DNA of 64,000 bases from a virus, in the IMG/VR virus record IMGVR_UViG_3300045988_094428, positions 1 to 64,000 of that record; one strand, written 5' to 3'. The translations under genes were made by a program, and so were the position numbers. A model generated the notes under the pieces. It ran no database searches. It was not told where the DNA came from and saw only the letters and a list, made by a program, of their open reading frames with translations. Shown in pieces: positions 48,079-58,052 of this stretch. The first letter of the stretch is position 1. Each line of letters begins with the position of its first letter.

Positions 48079-49257
48079 ATGGGATATACTGCAATTATTG
48101 TAGCCGGAGATTTTGGTAATGACGGTAAAAAATCCGGTTTAGCAAACAAATGTTATAACATTTTAAAAAATGATAGTCGTATAGAAAGCGTACTGTTATT
48201 CAACGGCGGCGATTATGATGAGATTCAAAATATTTTGAATTTAATTAACAAAAAGCATTATGATTTTGTTTTTTGGTGGCCCAATATTGATAACAGCTTC
48301 GTAAAAAATAGGAGCGTAAAAGATTACGACCCATTTACAATGCTCATCACATCTAAGAGAGACGATGTTGACAAATATTCATTCCAAGAACTTTTGCAAA
48401 GAACTATTTCTGTAAAGGCAAACCTATCATTCAAGTTCAAGAGAACAGATATTGAGCTTTTTAATATTACGATATTTGACCCACTTGGTTCTGTATGGTA
48501 TGATGGAACAGATATTAAACTTGCAATGCAAACCTGTATAAATAGGTTGATTTTTCTTAAATCTATGACTCGGCAGAACACGACACAATCCGTCACAGAT
48601 AAAGGTCTTGTTTTGTCGTGGTATTTTGACCAGTTCAAACAAAATGAGTATAAATCGGATAAAGTTATTGATATTCCAGATGAGAACGATTTTGTTGATA
48701 CAGTAAAAAGATACGCTACAAAATTTCAGGAGTTTATGCCGACAGATTGCGTAACAACACGTTTTGTTGGTAATGCCAGTATACGAAAGTTACCACCACA
48801 AGTTGGACGATGCGGAAAGGGTATGCCGAGTTTTAGAAGAAATGGGTATATTTTCGTGTCTAAACGCAATATTGATAAACGATTTATCACGCTTGAGAAT
48901 TTCGTCCCGGTATATATGAATAAAGATAAACTTATGTATTGTGGCACAGACAAGCCGTCAGTTGATACGCCTGTGCAGATGCTGCTTTATAATAAGTATA
49001 GTAATATAAACTACATCCTTCATAGTCATTGCTATATTAAGAATGCGCCGTTTACGAAATTAGCAATTCCGTGCGGTGCTATAGAAGAGGCCAGAGAAGT
49101 TGAAGACATTTTAACTGATAGAACAAAGAAGTTTTATACAGTCAATCTTATTGGACACGGCTCCATTGTAATGTGGAACAATATGTCAGATTTCCACTCT
49201 ATTTATGAGAAGAATTTGGTATACTATAAACGTACATTGCCAGAGGTTATGTTTTAA
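48079..49257 (+). CDS. Hypothetical protein with C-terminal class II aldolase/adducin-like fold
   Basis: HSHCYIKNAPFTKLAIPCGAIEEA...NLIGHGSIVMWNN resembles the metal-binding His cluster of class II aldolase-type enzymes; weak. Confidence 0.3.
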   Translation: MGYTAIIVAGDFGNDGKKSGLANKCYNILKNDSRIESVLLFNGGDYDEIQNILNLINKKHYDFVFWWPNIDNSFVKNRSVKDYDPFTMLITSKRDDVDKYSFQELLQRTISVKANLSFKFKRTDIELFNITIFDPLGSVWYDGTDIKLAMQTCINRLIFLKSMTRQNTTQSVTDKGLVLSWYFDQFKQNEYKSDKVIDIPDENDFVDTVKRYATKFQEFMPTDCVTTRFVGNASIRKLPPQVGRCGKGMPSFRRNGYIFVSKRNIDKRFITLENFVPVYMNKDKLMYCGTDKPSVDTPVQMLLYNKYSNINYILHSHCYIKNAPFTKLAIPCGAIEEAREVEDILTDRTKKFYTVNLIGHGSIVMWNNMSDFHSIYEKNLVYYKRTLPEVMF

Positions 49258-51271
49258 GAGGTATCATTAAGATATGAAAAAGAGTCCTTGTGCCCTTTTA
49301 TACTATGTAGACAGAACAAAAAAGTTTACGCTTGATAGATGCTATGCAATCCACTTGCTAAAACTTGGTTATACAATTAGTGTTTATCGTCAAGCTATTC
49401 GTGGAGACAGTCTTATCGAATGGTGGAGCGAATATTTGCCAAGACGGACAAGACTATATAGAGGTCGGCAATACGAAGCAATGGATGCGAACACGATTAT
49501 CGGTTCATACTGGGATAAACACCAAAATCACTATATTCAGGGTCATATGCCAGCTACAAAAGAAGTGAAATATCTAAAGAATTATAGAGTGGAGTAATTA
49601 TGCAATACTATATTAACACAGTTCCTCTTAACACGGACGTCTGGTGTGTCGGGTTCAAATTTGGCAGAAACAAAATTACAGTAAACAGGCCACCCGTTCT
49701 TGGCAAAGTAAACAATCGCAATTGGAACGCTCGCTTTGTTCCGAATGATAAAAAGGGAAGTTTTTCTGCTAGTAATTATCTGTATTATGATAATTACAAT
49801 GAGGCTGTGACAAACTACAACTGGCTTATTAACAAATATGTACGGATGTTTAGTGGATTCATTGAAGATGTAAGTGCGCACTTTATTAAAAATGAAGATG
49901 GGGAGGTAATTTTTGGATGAATACGCCTATTATTAGCCCTTGGTTTTTCTATTTTGCTGGAATTGCAGATGGACTCGGAATTACTTTAATGGTTTTTGGG
50001 TGTATAGCAATTCTCTTTTCAGCCATTATCCTATCTGCTTCATTTAATGACGACGAGATAGATTTTGCAAAGAAATCTATCAAGGGTATCATTATCGGTG
50101 TTGTTATTGTTATACTCGGTGTTTTCTGTCCGTCAGAAGATACTTGTTATAAGATGGCACTTGCTAAATTTGCAACTCCGCAAAATATTCAAGCAGTTAC
50201 TAAGTATGCTGGTGATACCGCATCAAACGTCAGCGATAGCGTAAGCGATGCCATTAAGGATATTATGGATTATAGTGTTGACCGCATCTATGATATTCGT
50301 AATAATCAGAAGGTCGGTGACGCTAAATGAGTTATGAATTTCTTATGCACAATGTAATTCCGTTTTGTATGGGAGTATATATTGGTAACAAACTGCTTGA
50401 TGCGAAATTCATAGATGCTATATTTTGCGGTTGCGTACTTCTAGTTACTGCTGCACTTGCAGGAAAGGGAGCTATCTAATGAATATTTACACAATCTTGT
50501 GTGTAATTCTTGCATCATACAGTGGATATTTCTATTATCATAAGAAGTATGATGGTTTTGCGTTATCTTGGATTCTTGTTACGCTGATTATTTGGTTACA
50601 GGGAATTGGAGTAATCTAAATGGAAAATAATTCAGTTTGTGATTACCTTGTAAGACCCACTCAAAAACAACTTGCATTTATTGCTGACATTCAAGAATTT
50701 GTCGGTAAACAGTTTACCGGAGTAACAAAAGAGGATGCAAGAGCATATATTTCACAAAACATTGAGATGTATGAATTATTATCAATGGATAGCTGGGCAC
50801 TAGAAAATGGATACTTTTAAGGTGGTAATTTAAATGAAGTATAACTTTACAGTAAAAAGATGTAAATTGGATTTCAAATCACCATACGAAACCAAAAAGT
50901 TTTCTTCTGTTGTCAACAACTACGTGTGGACTTTTAGAGAATTTTGCGAATATGTTACATCGAATAATCTCTCGATGTATATTGTTAAAAGTTATTTTCA
51001 TCCATTCCACAAAGTTCCTTATCACGATTATCAGATTGGATTTACGGAAAAAGTTGGCGATAAGCGTTATTTCGTGCATGATATAACCGTTAATAAAATC
51101 ATTGGTGGCAAGATAGTTGACTTTAATTGGCGTAAGTTTGAAGATAAACTAATAAGTACGGAGTTCTTTAAATTATATAAGATTAAACGACAGAAACGTG
51201 GCAAAGAGGTAATCACCCACAACGTTGTCGGAATCTAAAAAATTAAAATAGAAATACATCGTTGTATACAA

Positions 51272-51305
51272 CACTATGGTAAAATTTACCATAGTGTTTT
51301 TTCGT
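51272..51305 (+). terminator. Rho-independent terminator
   Basis: CACTATGGTAAA-a-TTTACCATAGTG followed by TTTTTTCG. Confidence 0.7.
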
Positions 51306-51312
51306 AAAGTGC

Positions 51313-51341
51313 TTGACAAATCGCGGTATTTTTGGTATAAT
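51313..51341 (+). promoter_or_regulatory. sigma70-like promoter
   Basis: gtgcTTGACAaatcgcggtatttttgGTATAAT. Confidence 0.6.
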
Positions 51342-51568
51342 ATAAGCACAAAGAAACGAAAGTAGTTTAGACTTGCCCAACAGGAGGGTTTTAAGATGAA
51401 ATTTGGAATTGGTGATATTGTTGCAATCATTGTGATTGTGCTGAAAGTGTTTGGTTTGGTCACTGTGTCGTGGACAGCAATTATCAGTTGGTGGCTTGTC
51501 TATTGCCTCGCAAGCTTTGTTTTGCTTTTTGTTACGCATCAATCTAAGTAAGTAGGAGGTAATACACG

Positions 51569-53035
51569 ATGAGTTTTAAAACGCAACAACTGCCCGGTAC
51601 AATACCTGTGGGTGGCTTTACTACACAAAAGTTGAGCGATGTTAAACATGGCATACCAGAGAAGTTTGAAGAGCGTTGTCTTGCAAGAGCTGTAAAAGAT
51701 GGCCGTTTCAACACGGCTATTGGCTTGGTCGAAGCGTTGTCTAATGCAGGATACGAGGCATACCTTGTCGGAGGCTGTGTTCGTGATATGCTTCGTTGTA
51801 AGACTCCAAAAGATTACGACATCACTACATCTGCAACACCAGAGCAGATTGAATCTGTATTCAATAATGAGCAGATTATCGAAACTGGCATCAAACACGG
51901 TACTGTTACGGTTATGATTGATGGCGTAGGTTATGAAATTACCACGTTCCGCATTGATGGTGACTACTCTGATGGTCGGCATCCAGACAGTGTAAAGTTT
52001 GCTAAAACCATTGAGGAAGATTTAGGCAGACGTGATTTTACTATTAACGCTATGGCGTATAATAAAGAACGCGGCTTTGTTGACCCTTATAATGGATTTT
52101 GGCATTTGCACTGCGAGACGATTCGTTGTGTCGGCAATCCTGTTCTTAGATTTCAAGAAGATGGTTTGCGTATTCTTCGTGCTATGCGTTTCGCTTGCGT
52201 ATTTGGTTATAATATTGACGAAGATACGGCTTATGGTATGCGCGTCTGTAAAAAGAAGTTGGAATGTGTATCTAAAGAGAGAATCCGCGCTGAACTTGAT
52301 AAGATGATTTCAACATATAAGTTCGGTGATATTATGATGAAGTTCAGCGATATCCTTGTAGAAATTATCCCAGAACTTGATAATCTAACAGGAAATATCT
52401 CATATACAGAGAAGCCGAGTCGCTTTGACCTTTATACAGACATTGCTCATGAATTTATCGAGGGTGAAAATCACCGCGATAATGTTACTTCCTATGCGTT
52501 ACTGTTCCGCAATCTCACAATGTTTGAAAGCGAAATTCGCAAGCATTTGACTTTGGAAGAAATTGCAACTGCGGCGAGTGCTGTTGCACACAACGTCATG
52601 AAAGACCTGAAGTTCGATAACACTACTATGGAGTCTGTATGTCGTATTATCAAACAGTCTTTTGAACCAGTTCCGATGAACAAGTATAAGATGCGTGTTC
52701 TTATCAATAAACTTGGTAAAGAAGATGCCGAGCGTATGCTCGACTTGATGTTGATGCAGAGCAATATTCCTGCTTGCTACTCATATAGTTGGGAGCAGTG
52801 TTATGATTCCATGAGTATTTTCTATGATGTTAAAGATGAAAACACGTTCACTGTTAAAGACCTTGACATTAACGGATATGACCTTATGGAAATTGGCTTT
52901 AGAGGTATTTACATCCGCAAGACTTTAAATCACCTTTTGCATCTATATTTCTTAGATTCAATCGAGAATAAACATGATGCCTTGTATGCAAAAGCATCCG
53001 AGTTATTTAATTTAAGTGGTGGCAGTATTTTATGA
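51569..53035 (+). CDS. cca: CCA-adding enzyme / tRNA nucleotidyltransferase
   Basis: Head-domain motif EAYLVGGCVRDMLRCKTPKDYDITT (GGxVRD...DxD) of class II CCA/poly(A) polymerases. Confidence 0.7.
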   Translation: MSFKTQQLPGTIPVGGFTTQKLSDVKHGIPEKFEERCLARAVKDGRFNTAIGLVEALSNAGYEAYLVGGCVRDMLRCKTPKDYDITTSATPEQIESVFNNEQIIETGIKHGTVTVMIDGVGYEITTFRIDGDYSDGRHPDSVKFAKTIEEDLGRRDFTINAMAYNKERGFVDPYNGFWHLHCETIRCVGNPVLRFQEDGLRILRAMRFACVFGYNIDEDTAYGMRVCKKKLECVSKERIRAELDKMISTYKFGDIMMKFSDILVEIIPELDNLTGNISYTEKPSRFDLYTDIAHEFIEGENHRDNVTSYALLFRNLTMFESEIRKHLTLEEIATAASAVAHNVMKDLKFDNTTMESVCRIIKQSFEPVPMNKYKMRVLINKLGKEDAERMLDLMLMQSNIPACYSYSWEQCYDSMSIFYDVKDENTFTVKDLDINGYDLMEIGFRGIYIRKTLNHLLHLYFLDSIENKHDALYAKASELFNLSGGSIL

Positions 53036-54112
53036 ATAATATCGTAAGAGAAGTTCTTCGTTATACAGTTCCAATGGATAGTGTGATTATCGAAAATTAC
53101 TTCGACAACGAAGTATATGATGCTAATAAAGGATTCAGAAAAGGTTGGCTCCCATTTTGCGAATACGATAGCAGAGCACCCAAACACGGTAATATGTATA
53201 CAATTATTGATAAAAAAGCAATTCGTATATGTATAACCGATTCCGATGGTGACTTGTCCAAGTACGGTTTTAAAGAGCGCGAGTCTTGTTTTGGCCCAAT
53301 GTCTAATAAACGCATTTGGGTAAATACGGAGGTATAATTGTGCCTAGAAGCTCCTTTGAATACGCTGTCACTGGATATATATTTGGCGACTATCTTGTGC
53401 ATGAAATGACGCTAACTGGCGCACCAATGGGGATGAAAGATATAGCTAAATTGCTAAATAGTAAAAAAGTAACTATTAGTAGGATAACATACCGGGATGC
53501 TAATTTCCCTAGCACGAAGTATCTAACAATTGACTATGACAGAACTCTTAAATGTGATAACACGCATTATAGTACAATGAATTTCTCGCTAACGGTTAGA
53601 AATCACAATGAGTTGTCGCTTAGAACGATAGTCAACCAAATGAGTCATCATGAAGTATTTATGCGATACTTCATGACAAGACTAAAACGCAACAAGACAG
53701 AGATTGTCGTATATCATGGTATATAATCTTTTAACGGAGGTAATAATGCCAATTCCTAACGAGTTTAATAAATTTGGAATACATCTATATGAATACACGA
53801 ACGATAAACATTACAAAAATCGCAGAACATTTACGTCTAAATTTAGTGATGTATGCGATATAATCAACCATGAAAAGGGCGATATTTTAGAGATTAAGTA
53901 CGATTTCGATTACATTTATGGCACATCATTATACATCAATTACTTGGCAAGTTCTGTGGATAAGTATAATAAACCATATATTGCAAATCGGAAGATAATT
54001 GTAGAAACCGCAGACTATATCCGTGAGTGCGACTTTATTCACGAAATGTATGTAAATGAAAGATTTTTGAAGTACTTCAAAGTATGCTTAAAACATAATG
54101 AACCAGAGATAA

Positions 54113-55171
54113 TTGTGTCACGTGAGGTGCTATGATATGGGATATTATGTATATAGATATATTCATCCTCTTTATCCGTGGTTGTACGTAGGAAAATGCA
54201 ACACAAATCTAAGAGAGCGGCTGAATAAGCATGAATCTGATTCAAGCGATAACATTGATAGAGCACATCTAAAAGAACTAAAGGAATCATCTGTGTACTT
54301 TATTGAACTCGATTCGGAAGAAGAGTCCGCATTGGTCGAACGCTATTTGATTAGCGAACATTCACCTACATTAAATATAAGATATGAGAATATTACTGAG
54401 TCTCAGAAACGCAGGGCAAAAGAATTGATTCAGAGAAGGAACCAATATAAGCCCGGATGGGTCAGATTTGAACGTGCGCGAGTTTACGAAAAGAGAATTA
54501 CACTTGGCAAACGATTTGTCAGAATGTCAGAGTATAGCCTTACGACCATCGAACAACGTGCATTTATGTATATTCTGATGAAAGCAAATGAGTTCAGGTA
54601 TAACGGTGATGCTGGTATGCTGACGATTCACTTTACTTTAGATGACTATTTTGCGCACGTTATTACGTCACGCGGGGGTCAATCTAACAGAAGCGCAATT
54701 AACGCACTGTTATCACTTTGTTGCAAAAATATTCCGATTGCTACGTATGCCGATAAAATATGCGTGTTGCACGGATTTATTGATAAGCCAGTGATAGGAG
54801 CAAACCGTCTTGTCGGTGTGCAGTTGAATCCGTTGTTTGCTAGCTATTGTAATATGAATAACAACATTGAATACGATGCTAATGTCGTTATGAAGTTCAC
54901 GCATAAATACTCCGCAAGACTGTACGAAATTATGTTGGCACACAAAAAGGATGGTATGCAAAAGTGGACGTATACCGAGTACGATGGTAATGAACTTGCC
55001 AGAATGATGGATACAACTAAACGCAGTGCAAATAAATCTATCAACGAAGCAATTAAGGAAATCAATGATGTTTCTGACATCAATATTGAACTCTCGCAGA
55101 ATATCATTCCTGCAACATTTGTATGCACTATGAAAAATCGGTTTGTTTTAGATAACTCGGAGGTTAAGTGA
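54113..55171 (+). CDS. GIY-YIG domain protein with long C-terminal extension
   Basis: YVYRYIHPLYPWLYVGKCNTNLRERLNKH matches GIY...YIG with the conserved Arg. Confidence 0.4.
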   Translation: MCHVRCYDMGYYVYRYIHPLYPWLYVGKCNTNLRERLNKHESDSSDNIDRAHLKELKESSVYFIELDSEEESALVERYLISEHSPTLNIRYENITESQKRRAKELIQRRNQYKPGWVRFERARVYEKRITLGKRFVRMSEYSLTTIEQRAFMYILMKANEFRYNGDAGMLTIHFTLDDYFAHVITSRGGQSNRSAINALLSLCCKNIPIATYADKICVLHGFIDKPVIGANRLVGVQLNPLFASYCNMNNNIEYDANVVMKFTHKYSARLYEIMLAHKKDGMQKWTYTEYDGNELARMMDTTKRSANKSINEAIKEINDVSDINIELSQNIIPATFVCTMKNRFVLDNSEVK

Positions 55172-55387
55172 GAATGGGTATCAGTTTTGAGGATTTGTGT
55201 GTTGATTTGCAGGAAAAGGCGGCTGATTATGGCGATACTCTGCCGCTTGAGGATTGGCCTATTGTATTCAATTTGAGTGGTGCACGATACCATCTAAGCC
55301 GTTATAGCGGTCGTGTATACTTCGACAAGGATGCAAAGGAGGTTGTTGTTAATATTGATAATTAACAAATTGTTCATAAACAACCCC

Positions 55388-55416
55388 TTGCTTTTCTGTT
55401 TCAAATATGGTATAAT
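55388..55416 (+). promoter_or_regulatory. sigma70-like promoter (weak -35 TTGCTT)
   Basis: caaccccTTGCTTttctgtttcaaataTGgTATAAT. Confidence 0.45.
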
Positions 55417-55767
55417 ATAAGTGTTCCAAGGGAATAGAAAGAGGTAGTTTAGATGGGTGAATGGTATATTGTGTACGGTGATATGATTCGGTTTTATATG
55501 ATTAAACCCAGCACATCAACTCCGACATCTATATGTGTTTTTGCATCTAATGAAGATGAGGCAATGGAAAAATCCAAACCGCTTGTTGGTACGGAAACAT
55601 TCGTCCCTAGAGTTGTTAAAAAATTAGATAAATCTAGGAGGTATGTAGTTCGTGTTATTTATTAAACAATGGTTATTCTTATTTTTGGTAATTGCAGTAG
55701 TTGTTTACTACTTTATCGAAAATAAGTTTTGAATAGATAAATCTAAAACAACATTAAAGGAGATTGT

Positions 55768-56622
55768 ATGAAGAAAATTATTTCTGGCGTTGTTGCCGCA
55801 GTTATCGCTCTGATTATTGTGGTGACTTGTGTTGTTCGTGTTCCTGTTGGCTATGTTGGAGTTGTTTATTCAGCAAAAGGTGTTGAGCAGACTACGATTT
55901 CTCAGGGTTGGCACTTTATGAGTCCTATGAAACACGTTGCCGACTTCCCAATCAGTCAGCAGCGAATCGTGTTTTCTAATCGTGCCGAAGATTATGGCAC
56001 AAAGGAACACGCAGACTGGCATATTGACGCACCGGCAAATGGCGGCACTATTGCCATTAACCTGACTGTTAATTATAGCTTCGATGCAAACCGTGTCGTT
56101 GAACTTTACACTAAGTTTAACGGAATGAACGGCGAGAGCCTGATGGAAAGCAAGATTCAGAACGATATTATTGCTTATGTCAAGGAAGTTACTCCTAAGT
56201 TTAGCGTAATGCAGATTTATTCCGATGACCGAGCTGGCGTTAATACTGCAATCACCGAATACCTGAACGAAAAGCTGTCTAATGAATATGGCATCAATGT
56301 TGCCTCTGCTCTGATTGTTGATGCACAGCCTGACGAGACTTTGATGCAGAAGATTCGTGCAAAGGAACAGGCAAAACAGGATGCAGAAATCGCTGAACTG
56401 AATAAGCAGACTGCACTTGCACAGGCTGAAACCGATAAGGTTAAAGCACAGGCTGAGGCCGATGTCAAGGTAATTGAAGCACAAGCTGAAGCAGAATCTA
56501 ACCGAATTATTTCTGAATCTATCACTGATAATCTGATTAAGATGAAGGAAGCTGAAGCACGTCTGAAGCACGGTTGGATTACCGTACAGGGTGCCGATAC
56601 AGTCGTTACCAAGGGTGAGTAA
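55768..56622 (+). CDS. SPFH/band-7 (prohibitin/stomatin-like) membrane protein
   Basis: N-terminal TM helix, SPFH-like core, C-terminal Ala/Glu/Gln-rich coiled coil; second SPFH protein in the window. Confidence 0.55.
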   Translation: MKKIISGVVAAVIALIIVVTCVVRVPVGYVGVVYSAKGVEQTTISQGWHFMSPMKHVADFPISQQRIVFSNRAEDYGTKEHADWHIDAPANGGTIAINLTVNYSFDANRVVELYTKFNGMNGESLMESKIQNDIIAYVKEVTPKFSVMQIYSDDRAGVNTAITEYLNEKLSNEYGINVASALIVDAQPDETLMQKIRAKEQAKQDAEIAELNKQTALAQAETDKVKAQAEADVKVIEAQAEAESNRIISESITDNLIKMKEAEARLKHGWITVQGADTVVTKGE

Positions 56623-56943
56623 ATAAGAATTACGACAAAGATTGGAGCCTATAAAATGAAACGAATGTTTGGCATGATGCCCAGTAGTGAAGTTGAATTG
56701 CGTGAAAGTTACAAAGATAATTTTGGACTGACCGTAAGAATTGAAGCTGGCAAGCGTGGATGGACTATCATGTGAGCAGATGGTGGTTCTGATTATAAGG
56801 ATGTCGATGCAGAATCCGCCATTGAAAATTTTAATGAAGCATTTGAGACTGCGCAGAATAGGATTGGAAAACTCGTAAAAGTGCGTTGTTGCGGTGAATG
56901 CTAATAGGTCTTATAAAATTCTTAATAACCTAAAGCAAAAAAG

Positions 56944-56975
56944 ATAGGGATAGTAACATTGGTTACTATCCCTAT
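56944..56975. terminator. Bidirectional terminator between convergent + and - strand transcription units
   Basis: Perfect 14-bp stem ATAGGGATAGTAAC-attg-GTTACTATCCCTAT flanked by A-rich/T-rich tracts. Confidence 0.7.
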
Positions 56976-56979
56976 TATA

Positions 56980-57297
56980 TTATGCTTGTTTATTAGCAGT
57001 TATTTGTTTAATTATTGCCACAATCTTATCGTAGCCTAACTGTGAACCCATAATGACACAGATACCTTCAAAAATAATCCACATGATACTCTGTGGAGTA
57101 AATGCGATATTTGCCATTACAAAATACGCACAAGTACCAACTACACCAACAAGTCCACCAGTGCCAAGAGCAACAGCGGATGTGTTGTAGTTAATCTTTA
57201 GACCAGTAAGAATCTTCTTTAGGAACTCAACAACGATTGTAGTCAGAGTACCAAAAGCAAGAAGCAAAGTACAAAACAGTTCAATAGTCATATTCAT
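56980..57297 (-). CDS. Holin
   Basis: 105 aa, two to three TM segments, immediately upstream (in transcription order) of the endolysin. Confidence 0.55.
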   Translation of the reverse strand: MNMTIELFCTLLLAFGTLTTIVVEFLKKILTGLKINYNTSAVALGTGGLVGVVGTCAYFVMANIAFTPQSIMWIIFEGICVIMGSQLGYDKIVAIIKQITANKQA

Positions 57298-57308
57298 TTC
57301 TCCTTAGA

Positions 57309-57944
57309 TTATCTAACAAACATTGCTTTCCAAGTGTTCATACCGACGATTCCATCAGCAGTTAAACCGTGTGCTTTCTGGAACTCTTTTACCTTGTTTT
57401 CAGTATTCTTTCCGAATTGACCGTCAATAGGTAAACCGAGTTTCTTTTGAACAAACTTTACAGCAGACGTCTTGCCTACATTTGTTCCACGTTTAATTAT
57501 TGGCATTAAATCAGTTCTATAATATTCGTAACGTCCAGCTTGCGCACATAGCCAGAAAGTTCTATTCTGTCTAGTGTCTACATGAACAAAGTTGGTGTTA
57601 CCATAGTAGTAAACACCAACACCGTTAATAATAGTCTGAGCAAAATAAGCAATCTCAACTGCTGATACACCAGAAATCTGAATATCAGCGGCCATACCTT
57701 TTACGTGATATGAGCCGGAAGTACCGCCGACCCTACGATTATGCTCTGGTGTACGATATGCAGAATTTATTATAACTGGTTTGCCAAAATGGTCACGAAT
57801 TTTTTGTAAAACTTCAACAAGAGTCAAATCAATAAGAACGGAATCAGAGCCATCCTTACAAGCGAACTCTTTTACAGTAAAGTTTGTAGACAATTTGACA
57901 TTACCTTGATTTTTTACACTATAAGTTTTAACCATAATTATCAC
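57309..57944 (-). CDS. Endolysin: peptidase M15 (L-Ala-D-Glu/D-Ala-D-Ala peptidase-like) with C-terminal PG_binding_1 domain
   Basis: SAYRTPEHNRRVGGTSGSYHVKGMAADIQ (zinc peptidase M15 H..D/H motif) and C-terminal VKFVQKKLGLPIDGQFGKNTENKVKEFQKAHGLTADGIVG peptidoglycan-binding repeat. Confidence 0.75.
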   Translation of the reverse strand: MIIMVKTYSVKNQGNVKLSTNFTVKEFACKDGSDSVLIDLTLVEVLQKIRDHFGKPVIINSAYRTPEHNRRVGGTSGSYHVKGMAADIQISGVSAVEIAYFAQTIINGVGVYYYGNTNFVHVDTRQNRTFWLCAQAGRYEYYRTDLMPIIKRGTNVGKTSAVKFVQKKLGLPIDGQFGKNTENKVKEFQKAHGLTADGIVGMNTWKAMFVR

Positions 57945-58052
57945 CTTGTATTCTATTCCATTTACCTCGATAAATTGTGGTATTCACAACTTTTGCTAAA
58001 TTGTAGTATTCACTAAATTTTTGAGACCCTATCACCCAAGGCTTCCTATTGT

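Noticed and set aside
55870-56612. Minus-strand ORFs of 233 and 131 aa opposite the second SPFH gene
   Set aside because: Antisense to a well-supported gene; Cys/Phe/Leu-rich translations.
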